From NCBI GenBank assembly GCA_964234715.1, contig OZ174288.1: a stretch of 64,000 nt of DNA; one strand, written 5' to 3'. Position numbers and translations under genes: made by a program. This DNA is from Podarcis melisellensis. Taxonomy: Eukaryota. The notes under the pieces were generated by a model. The model was not told where the DNA came from, did no database searches, and worked only from the letters and a program-made list of their open reading frames with translations. Of the stretch, positions 1-12,371 are shown piece by piece (within the stretch, counting starts at the first letter, position 1; each line of letters opens with the position of its first letter).

Positions 1-961
1 CTGATAGATGGGGGGCTGCGTGGCTTTGCCAACCGATCAGCAAAGCACCAAAACAAACAAAAAGTGAGCAGGCTTGACAGGGTTTTTGTCGGGGACCAGG
101 AGTTCTCTTCATCAGGTAGAGGAGGAGAGTGTAGAGAATAAATAATACATATAACCCGAAGGAGAAGGGTACACAGAAACCCTACTATCAGATGAGCCCG
201 GGGAGCCAGGATGTGGCCCTAACTTCCCTGGAGGACTCAACTGCAAAAGACCCAGAAAGATAAGAAGCCACTCTGCTCTTTTGCAATAGGCGAGAAAGTT
301 GGGCCCTTTTAAGTCAAGTCAAGTAGTGTAGTGGTAAATTCAGAAATTGTCACAGCTGAGTGCTCTCATAGCCATACCATTATACAACCTTTTAAGATTA
401 TACAACAATCTTATAATTACACAATAATTGTACTTATGGGTGCGTTGCAACAACCATTGCAGCTCTCCACAGGTTGACTTTCAGCTAGATCTACTATTTT
501 CTGGGCAAATGATTTGGAGTGCTCAGATATCTTCTTTTGAAGCTTTGAAGTTTCATTGTATTTGACATAACTTGCCACACTATTCTCTGGAAACCGAAGG
601 ACCTTGTTTTTGCCTGTGTTCCTAAATGCTTAGCTCTGGAGCGTACGGGATAACTTCTTTCCTGGTTGCCTTCTCCAGATTGACCCAAGGAGCCAATCCT
701 CACTGGCTGACTCACCTCTTTTCACTGTGTTTGGTTCCAACCAGCACAAAAGGTGAGACGGCTTCTTCTCAGTGGCTAAAAGGCTCCACCTTTCATGCTG
801 ATTGGCCAACCCTAGGATGCTGGAGACATGAACCCTGTTGCAGAAATAGTAACAAGTCTTTAAACCTTGGCCGCTGCACCTCTGGGTAAGCAGGACCTGA
901 TCCGGAAGGACTGTGCATTGTTCTTCATACTGATATTATGCAGAGAGCTCAGCCTGTAAGT

Positions 962-1280
962 GGGATTGTGGGGTGGGAAATTTTGGTTCAGCTCACATTT
1001 ATATTGTGACTCTACCTAATTCGCACTTCCTGAAACAATACGTGAACTGCCATGCAGCCATCCTTTAAAATTCGCACTTCCCTGAATTTTGCAATGCAAT
1101 TCTCCAACCAGGCAATACGCCCCAAAATGTATCTAATACAGATAAATGTACACAGGAATGCTTATAATAATAATTTAAAAATATGTACATTGGGCAAAAT
1201 TGCATGCCTCTGTGTGTGTGTGTGTGTGTGTGTGTATGAATGAAATAATCCGCACTAAAATGCTGACAAACTTTTGAGGA
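962..1280 (+). mobile_element. Partial copy of an old non-autonomous DNA-transposon-like (hAT/Ac-like ends) family, with internal (TG)n at 1211-1234
   Basis: Shares the aaattcgcacttc...gaattttgcaatgca core with copies at 11373, 35652 and 45680. Confidence 0.55.
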
Positions 1281-3759
1281 CCTGCCAAGACAGTTTACAA
1301 TTGAATGGAGAAAACAAAACCCAATATAAATATGATTTGAATAGTAAAATTAAGCAACAAATGATAAAATAGCAATGTGCAACATAAAAGAGAAAAAACC
1401 CCCCATCAAACTCATAGAAACAGCAGTAAAATCCTCAATATCAATAAATAAAATTATAGGCAAAAATAAAAAAAAAACATTAAAGGTAAAGGTACCCCTA
1501 ATGGAGCCTAAAATTTAACAAAGTTGGTTCCAGACAAGTATTATTGAGGAGATGATTCCGTAGCTGGGGTAGCTTTGTACATTTAGACCCAACCCTCTAA
1601 AATGCCATGGTGGATAAGACGGTACTCTCTGGGTGCTGTTGAACTCCAGTGCTCATCAGCCCCAGCCGTCATGGCCAATGGTCTGGGAGTTGTCATCTAG
1701 CAACATATGAAGGGTCACAAGTTCTCTATCCCTGGAATAAACTATATGATAACAAGTTTGCCCAGGCAGGCCTGGAAGTGGTGAGTTGGATGCCCCGAGT
1801 TCCTTGGAAGATGTGTCAAATGGTATAAACACAATTAATTAAAGGAGGTGTGGGCAATCTGTAGCCCTCCAGAGATGGTTGGAGTCAAACTTCCATCAGA
1901 CCCACCCAGTAGGGTCAATGGTCAGAGATGGTAGGAGCTGTAGTCCAACCATAACTGTTGGGTTGCCCAACATTGGCGATTGGATTCAAGCTACTTCTAG
2001 TGAATTGTGAAATTCCTTGGTTTTAGTTCATTATTTGTGGACCAGTAGCCAGTGGTCTTTCTCAGTATGAGGTAGCTTCATATGTTCTGATGCCAGTCAA
2101 TGATGTCTTCTTTCCAGTGTTATCCCTTTAATGTGCACAGACCCACCTGTACAACGTAGAACTGTTGTCAAGTGTCCTTGAGTCTTGGAAACAGAGCAGT
2201 GGTGTCTGTGTGTGTGTACACAAAAATGGGCCAGTTTCTTTTTAATCATTCATATATAGATCCCTCCAAAACTGTGAGACTCCTTCTACTACGATAAGCA
2301 TTTCATTAAATGGAGCAAGCATTAAGATAGATGCTGCATGGTGCTAATTGTCATTATATCTGAAGGATCAAAACAGTGCCAAAGTGTTTCATTATCACAT
2401 TGGTCACCTGCATAATTTAAAAAAGGGGAGAGATGCCGTTGAGAAAAAATAATAATGTGACAAGCAAAGCAAAGGATTGTGGAAGTGCATACAATCAGAA
2501 TACTAAGTAGTGTTTTAGTCTTGGTTAACTTTGGTTCAGACTAGACAATAAGCAAGGATGAATGTGAGCTGCCTTTCTCCATGGCTTCTTTTAAATGAAA
2601 AGGAGCATCAGATACAGCAGTGGGGAGTGGAATAGCAGCAGGAGCAGGGCTGCTAAACCCTTTCCCTTCCAGCTTTTTCATGCTCAAAATTGCTTTTCAA
2701 TAAGCTGCTTTCCTACCTGGAGAGGGAAATGGTACAGGGTCCTTGTGTCTATGAGAAAAGCTGCTGTTGATGACGACTTTGAGCAGGCAAACAGCAGGGA
2801 GGTAAATTAATTTCATTTCATTTATTATATTTCTAGGCCGCTTTTCACTCCCTGAGTTACAAACAGTAAATAACAAAAACATAATAGAACTTCACAATTA
2901 CAACATAAACCATGTATAACAATGAACAAATTATCTGTAAAACAACCACCTTCTATAAAACACTATTAACCAAAAAAAAAAAAAATTAAGTTAAACAGCA
3001 CAACCACAACAAAAGTCATATTATGAGATTCACAAAGCACTGCAGCACTCGTAATCCACAAAATAATATTAACAGCATTAACAATTAACAGACTAACAAA
3101 CTAAGCACTGTGGAAATTCACAAACACACACACACTCCCCACCTCCATGATTCATAATATTCCACTCAGTTCATCAAAAGACACATACACATATTGCCCA
3201 TGGCAACAGCTCCATTCTGAAGGCTCCTAGGGCTGGGGTGGGGCAAAGCAGGTGGAAAAAGCCATTGCCTGATGAGACAAAGTCTCAAGTGTTAAGCAGT
3301 CCCCCTGCTTCCCAAAGATGGAGACATATTGGGTGTCTCTCATATATCTCCTTCATTGTCTTGCAGAAATAGAGGGAAAATATTCTCCTAAGTACGCTTG
3401 AAACTCAGGGTCAACCAACATGATGCCCTCCAGATGTTGGGCTCCAGTTCCCATCAGCCCCATAAGACACACAATGTGGAACCTTTTTCAGCCTGAGGGC
3501 CACATATCCTTCTGGGCAACCTTCCAGGGTCCACATGCCAGGGGTGGGTGAGTCCAGAGGCAGAGCCACAAATATGCCTTTCTCCTTTGCAGAACAGGAT
3601 AGTTTCTACACACTGGCTGGTGATGGATACAGATCCGGCTTGGGGAAAAATTATGTGGCTGTAGAGGGGAGTTGCCTATGGAGAGTCACAAGGGCCAATG
3701 TTCTGGTATTAGGAAGGAGAAAAAACTCCTCTCTTTCTTTGAATCCCACACCCATAACT

Positions 3760-3978
3760 TTTCTAATCCTTTTTTTTGAAGGCCATTCCAATTGGGGGGA
3801 GCAAATTTTATAGTTTAACAATGTTCTGTGTGCAGGACTTCCTTTTGAATGTCCCGAATCTTCCAGTATCCTGAATCTTCATTGGATGTCCCCGAGTTCT
3901 AGTGTTATTAGAGAGAGAAAAGCTGTTCTTTATCCACCTTCTCTACATCATACCTAATTTTATATACCTCCATCATGC
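3760..3978 (-). mobile_element. CR1 LINE 3' fragment
   Basis: Reverse complement resembles the CR1 3' segment at 14780-15200 (gtggataga...ctctctc...ggacatccaatgaa...ggaagattca). Confidence 0.6.
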
Positions 3979-4184
3979 TTTTTAAATATTTTTGTGTCAC
4001 CTCAGGACATATAGAGAAGCTGATAAATCAGTAATCATATGGCAACCAAGGTCAGGTTGTGGGCAACTCAAAACATATACATAAGAATTATACATACAAA
4101 TAAAAACTTGACCTATACAGTAAACAAAACATACAATACCCCCAAAATCTTAAATCTCAAAGGAGGCCACATGACCTTATCTAG

Positions 4185-4480
4185 AGCCACGTTTGCACCA
4201 TAATTTCAGAAAACTGTGGTATCACTTTAAGCAGACATGGCTTCCCCCAAAGAATTTTGGGAGTTGTAGTTTGTTAAGGGTTCTGAGAGTTCTTAGGAGA
4301 CCCCTATTCCCACCACAGAGCTATAGATCCCTCTTCACAGGGAACTCTGGGAACTACAGCTTTGGGAGGGGCTCTCCCCAAAACTCTCAGCACCCTTAAC
4401 TAACTACAGAGCCCAAAATTATTTGTGGGGAGCCATGGATGTTTAAAGTGTTATCATAGTGGTTCAAATATGCACTGTGC
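4185..4480. mobile_element. Palindromic MITE (catggcttcccccaaagaa...ggggagccatg family)
   Basis: Long inverted arms are visible. Related copies at ~21250-21460, 29580-29900, 47230-47390, 54605-54740. Confidence 0.7.
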
Positions 4481-6000
4481 ATATGGTCAAAGCTGGACAG
4501 CCTTCGCTGGGAATTTAGCTGTATTAAACATCGTAACGATAAAAATAAGCGGGGCAACTTGGTGTTTTATTGTGTATTTTACTTAATTGGTATTGATAGG
4601 CTTGTGGCTTTTATTTTTAGCTTTGTTAAACACTCCTTGCTTCCCTTGGAATAGGGAAGCCACGCAATGAAAATGACAACAAGTGAAGTTTAGAGACTCC
4701 AGAGCTTAAGCGCTGGGCTTGCTGTTGTTCAATGTGTTGGCTAGAGCTTCAAAGGCAGGTTTTCCACCAAACCAGAGTGGTTGAGGCAACGCCGTGGGTC
4801 CAACAAATAGCAGAAGAATCCTTGTTGTTTGTCCCGTGGGGTCAGCCTGATTTAAAAAAAAAATAAAAAAATTGGCAGGCAGCATTCTGTTCTTTTCTTC
4901 TTGGACTGTTCAGCCTAAAAAGCTGTCAATATCTCTTTCATGGAGACTTTGAACAGATGCCTAAAACAGTTGCTCAAAGGAGAGAAGGATGCATTTAAAA
5001 AAAAAAAATCTTTGTCTCAAAATAGTGAAATATAGACACATAATCATCGAAGGATGCTCGGCTCATCCTCACATCGACTGTCTCCTCTTCCTCCTCTACT
5101 GCATGGTGCGTTACCTCACAGAGTTACTTCATCCCACCCAGTGTTTCATCTGTATATAAAAATTAAAAATTCAAACAAAAATCTGTCCTGCATGAAAAAC
5201 AGGCCCCTTTTGGGCATATGGTTCATTATGCACTTTTCTTTAATTACTAAAACACCCGGGATGACTCTCTGGCCTGCCCTTCCTTTCAACTTGCAAGTTG
5301 GATCTGTTCTCCAGCTCAGAAATTTTGGAACAGCCGCGTGGGGATTTCAGCTTCGTTTCTCGTAAAATTGTAGGTGCAACGTTTCTTTCTCTCTCTTTTT
5401 TCTTTTTGCTGAAAATTCAAATGGGAAACATGCATGTTAGTTTTATTTATTTCTTTGTTTCAAAGCAGTGCTATACTGCCCTTAAATCACATTCCCAAAA
5501 CGAATTAAGCAATTAAAATAAAACTGCAAAAGCAAAAAATGATAAAAGCTGCATGAGAGAATCAACAAGTTTAAAACTGGTGCATGTGAAAGAAAACTCA
5601 GCAAATCTATACATGCACCCAAATCAGAAGTTTGCTTCTTAAATGCAAAACTACATGTAAAATATAGTTCCAAGAATTTGTCCTCCTGCCATCAGGCACT
5701 CTAGGTTTATCCTGTTCTAGTTCTAGCCAGAGACACCCACTGAAATTAATGAACTTAAGTCAGTTCTGTGCATTATAGCTGGCATTGCATACAACTGTCT
5801 TACCAGGCAAAGCAGCTGGTTTCAGACAGAGCAGAGGGAGCAACTGTCTAATGCGTTCTCCCCTGGCTATTTGACTGCTCAGAACTGTACCTGCCAATCT
5901 GGTTTAATCCCTGAAAGATAACAACTATAGGAGCCTATTTATTTATTTTATCTTGAAAAGCAGCAGTGGGCTGAAATTTGTGGAGAGGAACAGGTTAAGG

Positions 6001-6094
6001 CAGGCATAAGCCAACTCAGCCCTCCAGATGTTTTGGAACTACAACTCCCATCATAGTCTGAAAACATCTGGATGGCTAAGTTTGCCCATGCCTG
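6001..6094. mobile_element. Short hAT-type MITE
   Basis: CAGGCAT...ATGCCTG termini, 8-bp TSD ggttaagg/ggttaatg. Same family at 21867-22002, with many degenerate actacaactcccatc hairpin copies. Confidence 0.7.
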
Positions 6095-6117
6095 GGTTAA
6101 TGCGAGTGCCTTTGTGA

Positions 6118-6230
6118 GTAGGGATAACTCTTAATCTCAGGGTTGTGGGTTTGAGCTGCACACATTTGGCAAAAGATTCCTGCATGATGACTAGATGACC
6201 TTTGTGGTCCCTTCCAACTCTATGATTCAT
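6118..6230 (+). mobile_element. tRNA-Lys-derived SINE remnant with CR1-like tail
   Basis: actcttaatctcagggttgtgggtttgag (tRNA-Lys anticodon/T-arm-like), then gactagatgacc...ggtcccttccaactctatgatt (CR1 3' end). Confidence 0.6.
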
Positions 6231-7435
6231 GTGTAGAAACACTTTCCCCTCCCCCAGTCTTCTGCTTTGTCTATAGCCACCTCTAGGTGCTTCAGTTGAC
6301 TTCCCATTGCCTGCATTGATGCTGCCGACTGGGAGGAGGGGCCAAGTGGTGGCAAAGGCAGCTGATGTCAACAGATTTATTTCCCCTTTTCTTATTATGC
6401 TCTATCTCCCACCCTCTGCTATGCATAGATGCTATTCGTTTCTTGTGTTAAGACCTAGAAGATGAAATCAGCTGCCTACAGCATGCACCTCTGTACACAG
6501 GTAGATAATTTGAAGTTGCCTCTATGGTGCCATTTCAACTGCATTTAGGGGAGACGTCTTTCAGTGGGAAGGAGGAATTAAAAAAACATGTTTTATGTGT
6601 TTGCCTTTTAAAGCTTTCTCAAAACACCAGCAAATCCTACATCATCCCCCCCCCCCTTTTTGGAAAAAGACATGGCAATAATTCAACCCCCTTGCTGCTA
6701 TTGTAAGGATTTCAAGATTTGCCCAAAGTACCCCTTCAGATTGGGTGAATCCCCAGAGACGTTTACACCAGCCCTTGGGCCAACACAAAACCTTATTACT
6801 CTAGTCAATGTGTGGTACCCTCAAGACATTGTCGGACTACACCTCCTGCCATCCCTGATCACTGCTGTGGTGGACTTGGGGCTCTCAAACGTCAGTGGCA
6901 CCCTTTGTGTGGTGCTAAAATTCAGTGTTCCTGCCTCTCATGCTCCATTTTACAGCACTGTTGTGGCAAAACTGGTTGTGCTACCCTATAACTACCTCTG
7001 ATGGGAACTAGAGTCCAGTAACAGCTGAAGGACACTGTGTTGGCCATCCCTTCTCTAGATCCTGATCTCTTCCCTTGTGTATCTTATTTTCCTTTCATCC
7101 CTTTTGCCAGAGAAAAACTTGTGCTTCCCCCTCCCTTGCAAAGAAACCCACCCACAATAAAATTCACAACCAAGCAACTATCCTTGGCTTCATTAGATAA
7201 GTTTAGAGGGCATGCTTTTCACCAGTGTTACAGGTCCTGATTTGAATTGGGACCTGCCGTGGCTGCTTTATGCAAAAAAATTAAAAGAGATGGGCAATCA
7301 GGCAACGTGGGGGTTAGGGAGAGAACCATTTTCAGCCAGAGAGCCCCATTTCTTCCAGGGCAACCATTTGGAGGCCATATGCCATGGGGTGCTTGGGTCC
7401 AGAGGCAGAAGTGGAAAGAACACTGAACGTGATTG

Positions 7436-8981
7436 GTTTTTTTTTTAATAAAATATTTTATTAAATTTTCAAATACATACATAGAACATCCCCTCACCCA
7501 GAAACAATACACAAAAAAGCCAAAACAAATCAGTATAGAAAAAAGGAAATAACAAGTAAGAGGAAAAAGAAAGAAAAAGGAATAAAGAAACCAACTGGAC
7601 TTCCTCACATCTCCTTTACTCTGCATTATTTATAATAAAAATATCTGCAAATTATTACCTTGTTTCATGTCTTATTTATACTTTCCCAATATTGTATTTC
7701 TAAATTTAAAATAGTCGTTTTCCAATTACTCATACTTTAAATTTCGACCTTTTCTTACTTATAACTTAATTCTCTATTTTACAAAATCTAATTTGCTGGG
7801 GCTGCTGTTTTCTAAATCGTGTAATTACTTAACATTCATACAACTTATATTGTTTTTGTAAATAGTCCTTAAACTTCTTCCAATCCTCTTCCATTGTTTC
7901 TTCTCCCAATTCTCGGATTCTGCCGGTCATTTCAGCCAGTTCCATATAGTCCATCAATTGCGTCTGCCACTCTTCCAGTGTGGGCAAGTCTTGTGTCTTC
8001 CAATGCTTTGCAATAAGTATTCTTGCTGCTGTTGTCGCATACATAAAGAAACTTCTGTCCTTCTTTAACACTTTCTGGTCGACAATGCCCAAGAGAAATG
8101 CCTCCGGTTTCTTAGTAAAGGTATATTTAAATACCTTTTTTAGTTCATTATAGATCATTTCCCAGAAGACCCTCACTCTTGGGCATGTCCACCAGAGGTG
8201 AAAGAATGTCCCCTCAGCCTCTCTACATTTCCAACATTGTCAGACAGATGATATATCTTTGCAAGCTTGACTGGGGTCATGTACCACCTGTATATCATTT
8301 TCATAATATTCTCCTTCAAGGCATTACATGCCGTGAATTTTATTCTGGTGGTCCATAACCTTTCCCAGTCCTCAAACATAATGTTATGTCCAATATCTTG
8401 AGCCCATTTTATCATGGCTGATTTAACAGTCTCATCCTGTGTATTCCATTTAAGCAGCAAGTTATACATTCTCGAAAGTACCTTAGTCTTTGGTTCCAAC
8501 AGTTCTGTCTCTAACTTCGACTTCTCCACCTGGAATCCTATCTTTTTATCCAGTTTAAAAGCCTCTTGAATTTGAGCGTAATGTAGCCAATCTTGCACCT
8601 TATTCTTTAATTTATCCATGCTCTGCAACCTCCAATTATCTCCAATTTTTTCTATTATTTCCCAATATTTCGGCCAACTGGCCTCCATATTGAGTCTTTT
8701 CCTGGCCTTAGCCTCCATTGGTGATAGCCATCTCGGTGTCTTACTTTCTAATAAGTCTTTATATTTTGTCCAGACAATAAATATTGCTTTTCTGACAATA
8801 TGGTTTTTGAACATTTTATGAATCTTTACCTTGTCATACCACAAATATGCATGCCAACCAAAAGCATTATTGAACCCTTCCAGATCTAGGACATCAGTGT
8901 TCTCAAGGAGTAACCAATCTTTCATCCAGCAGAAAGCTGCAGCTTCATAATATAACTTTAAATCTGGCAGGGCAAACCCCC
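7436..8981 (-). mobile_element. 5'-truncated L1-clade LINE (ORF2 C-terminus + 3' UTR + polyA), one frameshift
   Basis: Perfect 13-bp TSD ctgaacgtgattg (7423-7435, 8982-8994). T-run 7437-7446, minus-strand AATAAA 7457-7462. Begins GGFALPDLKLYY. ORFs 8173..8925 and 7829..8176 join across a frameshift near 8237 to give the CWKC-x8-H-x4-C zinc knuckle. Confidence 0.9.
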
Positions 8982-9284
8982 CTGAACGTGATTGTTATCT
9001 TTTGTACAATTTCTACAGAAACTCATACTCCCCTCTCTACCCTCCCCAACAAGAAGTACTCTTGGAGTTCAAGGACAAATTGCACACAGGCGAAAGCACC
9101 GAAGGAGGGTGGCCTGGTGAGGGGTGTGACTCAGGAAGGAGTACATCTTGTGGGGGAGTCCCAAGGGCCAGATAGGTGTGACTAACTCCACGTGGCCCCA
9201 GACCTGAGGTTTCCCATACTGGCTCTCCAATACTGGCTACTTTGGGAACTGGATACTGGCTACTTGGGGAAGCAGAATGAACAT

Positions 9285-9521
9285 GACTATGGAACTCACA
9301 CTCACCAGCTTGGATGGCTTTGAAAGAGAATGGGACAAACTCATGGCTATCATTCACTCCTAGCCATGATAGAGGCCAGTAATGCTTCTGAATACCAGTT
9401 GCTAGAAACCACAGAGGGGGAGAGGGCTCTTGTGGGCTTCACATGGGCATCACTGTGAGAACAGGATGCTAGAGTAGATGTGGCATGGGCCTGATCCAAA
9501 GAGGTTCTTCTTATGCTCTTG
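9285..9521 (+). mobile_element. Degraded CR1 3' end
   Basis: ggatggcttt...gacaaactcatgg and actgtgagaacaggatgct...ggcctgatcca motifs shared with other CR1 tails here. Confidence 0.6.
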
Positions 9522-9540
9522 GCTCTGAACGAGTAATGCA

Positions 9541-9960
9541 GAGAGATCTGCATTGGCTCCCAGTACGTTTCCGAGCACAATTCAAAGTGTTGGTGCTGAC
9601 CTTTAAAGCCCTAAACAGCCTCGGTCCTGTATACCTGAAGGAGTGTCTCCACCCCCATCGTTCAGCCGGGACACTGAGATCCAGCACCGAGGGCCTTCTG
9701 ACAGTTCCCTCATTGCGAGAAGTGAGGTTACAGGTAACCAGACAGAGGGCCTTCTCGGTAGTGGCACCTGCCCTGTGGAACGCCCTCTCATCAGATGTCA
9801 AGGAAATAGGCAGCTATCCTATTTTTAAAAGGCAGCCCTGTTTAGGGAAGTTTTTAGTATTCAATGCTGTATTGTTTTTAACACTTGATTGGGAGCTGCC
9901 CAGAGTGGCTGGGGAAACTCAGCCAGATGGGTGGGGTATAAATAATAAATTATTATTATT
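9541..9960 (+). mobile_element. L2-clade LINE 3' end (young subfamily)
   Basis: LHWLPVRFRAQFKVLVLTFKAL...RAFSVVAPALWN motif in ORF 9485..10000, TAA/TTA tail. Near-identical to 54741-55319. Confidence 0.85.
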
Positions 9961-10011
9961 ACAACAGCATGGCTCATGTCTAACGAAAACAATCAGATAG
10001 GAGACATCCTT

Positions 10012-10474
10012 TGTCATGAACACTTCTCCCCAAGGTATAAGAGCTCAAGAGGAGTCAGGAAGCAGCCAACAAGAGAGAGGCTCGCATTCTTCCCAGACAG
10101 CTGTGAACAGTAGTTTATCAACTCCCCTCACTTTGAGAATGACAGGAATGCAGAGAGTGTGCTAGAGAGCAACCAACTCTCTCAAGTGACACAGGCAAGG
10201 GGAGAGGGAAAGCAGTTCCACACTGTAAGGGGAGTTAATTCATTCAAGGAGCAGACATATGGGAAAGGTCTTAGAAAACAAAGTTGGAAACAGAAAGGGC
10301 ATAGGGTCCGGATATTCTGCCATAACCGGAATCACTCCCCAGAAGGGTCAACCGATTCATAAGTCATGGACATACAGATAGGTGTCCAAGGCTGAGTGTT
10401 TGTATCACAATCAATCTTTAAACTAATTACAACTTGAGTGCTGTGTTATCAAGATGGCAGCCTGGCTCCTGACA
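10012..10474. mobile_element. Solo LTR (463 bp)
   Basis: TGTCA...TGACA termini flanked by an exact 5-bp TSD TCCTT (10007-10011, 10475-10479). Confidence 0.7.
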
Positions 10475-10893
10475 TCCTTTTTTTACTGTGGTTCTGCAGG
10501 TGACAGGCATTTCTTCTATCCAGTTTGAATGCGTGTTCCATTCCACCCCCCTCTTGTTCTTTCTCTCTCTTGCTTTTTTCAACTTTCATCAAGGTCTCTC
10601 TTTTCTTGTTTGTTTACATAATTGTACATCCCTACAATGAGAATAAAATCAAAAGTAGAAGGTAACGCTAACAATTCTAACGTGGTGCACTTGGAACATG
10701 GAAACATCCAAGGTGATTATCTTCCTATGAATGCAAAAGTGGGAGAGATCAGAGGTTAGCGAAGCTTCAAGGATGCACATAGGAATGAAGAGTCAGAAGC
10801 TTTGTTCTTCACACCTCCCTTTTCTTCCTTCCCCTCTTTTCTTTTCATCAAATGATGTAAATAGCCCCTTCTGTCTTCCTTTGTTTCATTTAG

Positions 10894-11016
10894 GTATTCG
10901 TTGTCACGGTTTGGCATTTTGATTTGTACATGGTGCCCTTGGCTTTACTGCTCCTTTTTGCTTACAACTTCTCCCTCATCTCTCCAGAGAAAGTGTTCAG
11001 CACACAAGACCCCCAG
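10894..11016 (+). CDS. MCTP2: MCTP2 coding exon (first transmembrane segment), 123 nt, phase 0-0
   Basis: Polypyrimidine tract + TAG acceptor (10891-10893), GTAAGT donor at 11017. Translates [41 protein letters not shown], matching the recalled MCTP2 segment [20 protein letters not shown]...QDSQ. Not in the ORF track. Confidence 0.93.
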
Positions 11017-11372
11017 GTAAGTTAAGTTGTGTTTAATATTTCAGGTTCTGGTTGTAATTTAGTATGGAACAGTGGTGTGTGTTGCATTTATGCGTTGTCA
11101 TATAGGTGAATCTAGGAATGGGGAGTTTGTGACCCTCTAGATGTTGATAGACTACAACTCCCATGATCCTTGACCACTGGCCATGAGAGCTGGGGCTGAT
11201 TTGAGTTGTACTTCCTTGGGTCCCCCGGTGTCGATGGACTACAGTTCCTATCATCCCTGACACCATCAGCTTGCTGGGGCTGATGTGTGTTGGGATTCCA
11301 ACAGCATCTGGAAGGCCAAAGAGCCCTCACTTCTAGTTTACCTTGATTAAGGCTTAACCCCTTGGTCTTTAC

Positions 11373-11942
11373 TAGGGATGGAGGAGGAATTTGATTCAGT
11401 ACACATTTAAAGCCAAATCTTTCAAATGTGCAATACGCACACACAAACACAACTATCCTTCAAAATTCACACTTAGTTGAATTTTGCAGTGCAGTTTTCC
11501 AGCCAACAATGTCTACAAAAACACACATGTTAGAGGAAAAGGTGCGTGAAAATGAAGATATCAGTGAAGATAGCACTAAGAAATGCATTATACAGTCATA
11601 CCTCTTGTTATGTTTGCTTCAGGTTGAATCTTCAGGTTGCGTCCCGGAAGTAACAGAATGGGTTACTTTCGGGTTTCGCCACTCGCGCATGCGCAGACGC
11701 TCAGAATGACATCACACTCATGCGCAGATGCAGCAACCTGCGTCCCGTGCACATGCAGACGTGGGTTGCGTTCTGCTCATGATGCGAACGGGGCTCCGGA
11801 ACGGATCCCAATCACATCCAGAGGTACCACTGTATTATATTGCAGAAAAAACAAATTGCTGTAAAATGTGAAGAGGGGAATTTAGGATTAGAAAAATCAG
11901 AAACCCAGGAAAACTGAAATTAATAGGGCCTTCCACCCCTAG
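11373..11942 (+). mobile_element. Two-ended copy of the old TAGGGATG-ended (hAT/Ac-like) element, interrupted by a Tigger-like MITE
   Basis: tagggatgga...tccacccctag ends. Other copies end in ccatccctag (46304), tcatccctag (53394), ccgtccctag (30092). Confidence 0.6.
11593..11832. mobile_element. Tc1/mariner (Tigger/pogo-like) MITE
   Basis: TA|CAGTCATACCTC...GAGGTACCACTG|TA: imperfect TIRs with TA TSD, CpG-rich interior. Confidence 0.8.
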
Positions 11943-12008
11943 CATTCACACACATAGCTTGAATCACAACCAAAGTTTCTCTGACTTTATTTCCCTGCAT
12001 TCATTGAT

Positions 12009-12371
12009 TAGGGTGCCATATTTCAAAAAGTAAAAAAAAACCAGGACACCCTGAAAGTTGTTGAGCTTTTTTTATTTCCAATTCAAATAACTTTCTTGTA
12101 CTAGCCGTTGGCCATGAAAAATCTGAATCAAAAATACATAGGGGTGTTAAGAAGTAAAAGGGGTGTTGCATCACAAATAATGGTCTCTGTTTAGATCCCT
12201 GTGTCTCCCTTACAGTTCACTGCTGTGTTCTTCAAGGTCTTCTTTCTTAGCTTTTTGGCCACCAAAGCAAAAAGAGCAACTATAAAGTTGTTGAGTGTTT
12301 TTTTATACAAATGCCAAACAAGCGCTTTTTTTATTGATCCAGGACAAAACACCGGACGTATGGCAGCCCTA
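12009..12371. mobile_element. hAT (Blackjack-like) non-autonomous element
   Basis: TAGGGTGCCATA...TATGGCAGCCCTA termini, ccaggaca subterminal motifs, degenerate 8-bp TSD tcattgat/tcatcgct. Confidence 0.65.

Noticed and set aside
1-352. Possible LTR end (…TGTCACA)
   Set aside because: The other end is outside the window, so it cannot be supported.
6541-6600. FQWE-encoding stretch as the preceding MCTP2 exon
   Set aside because: Flanking residues do not match and there are no suitable splice sites; that exon is probably upstream of the window.
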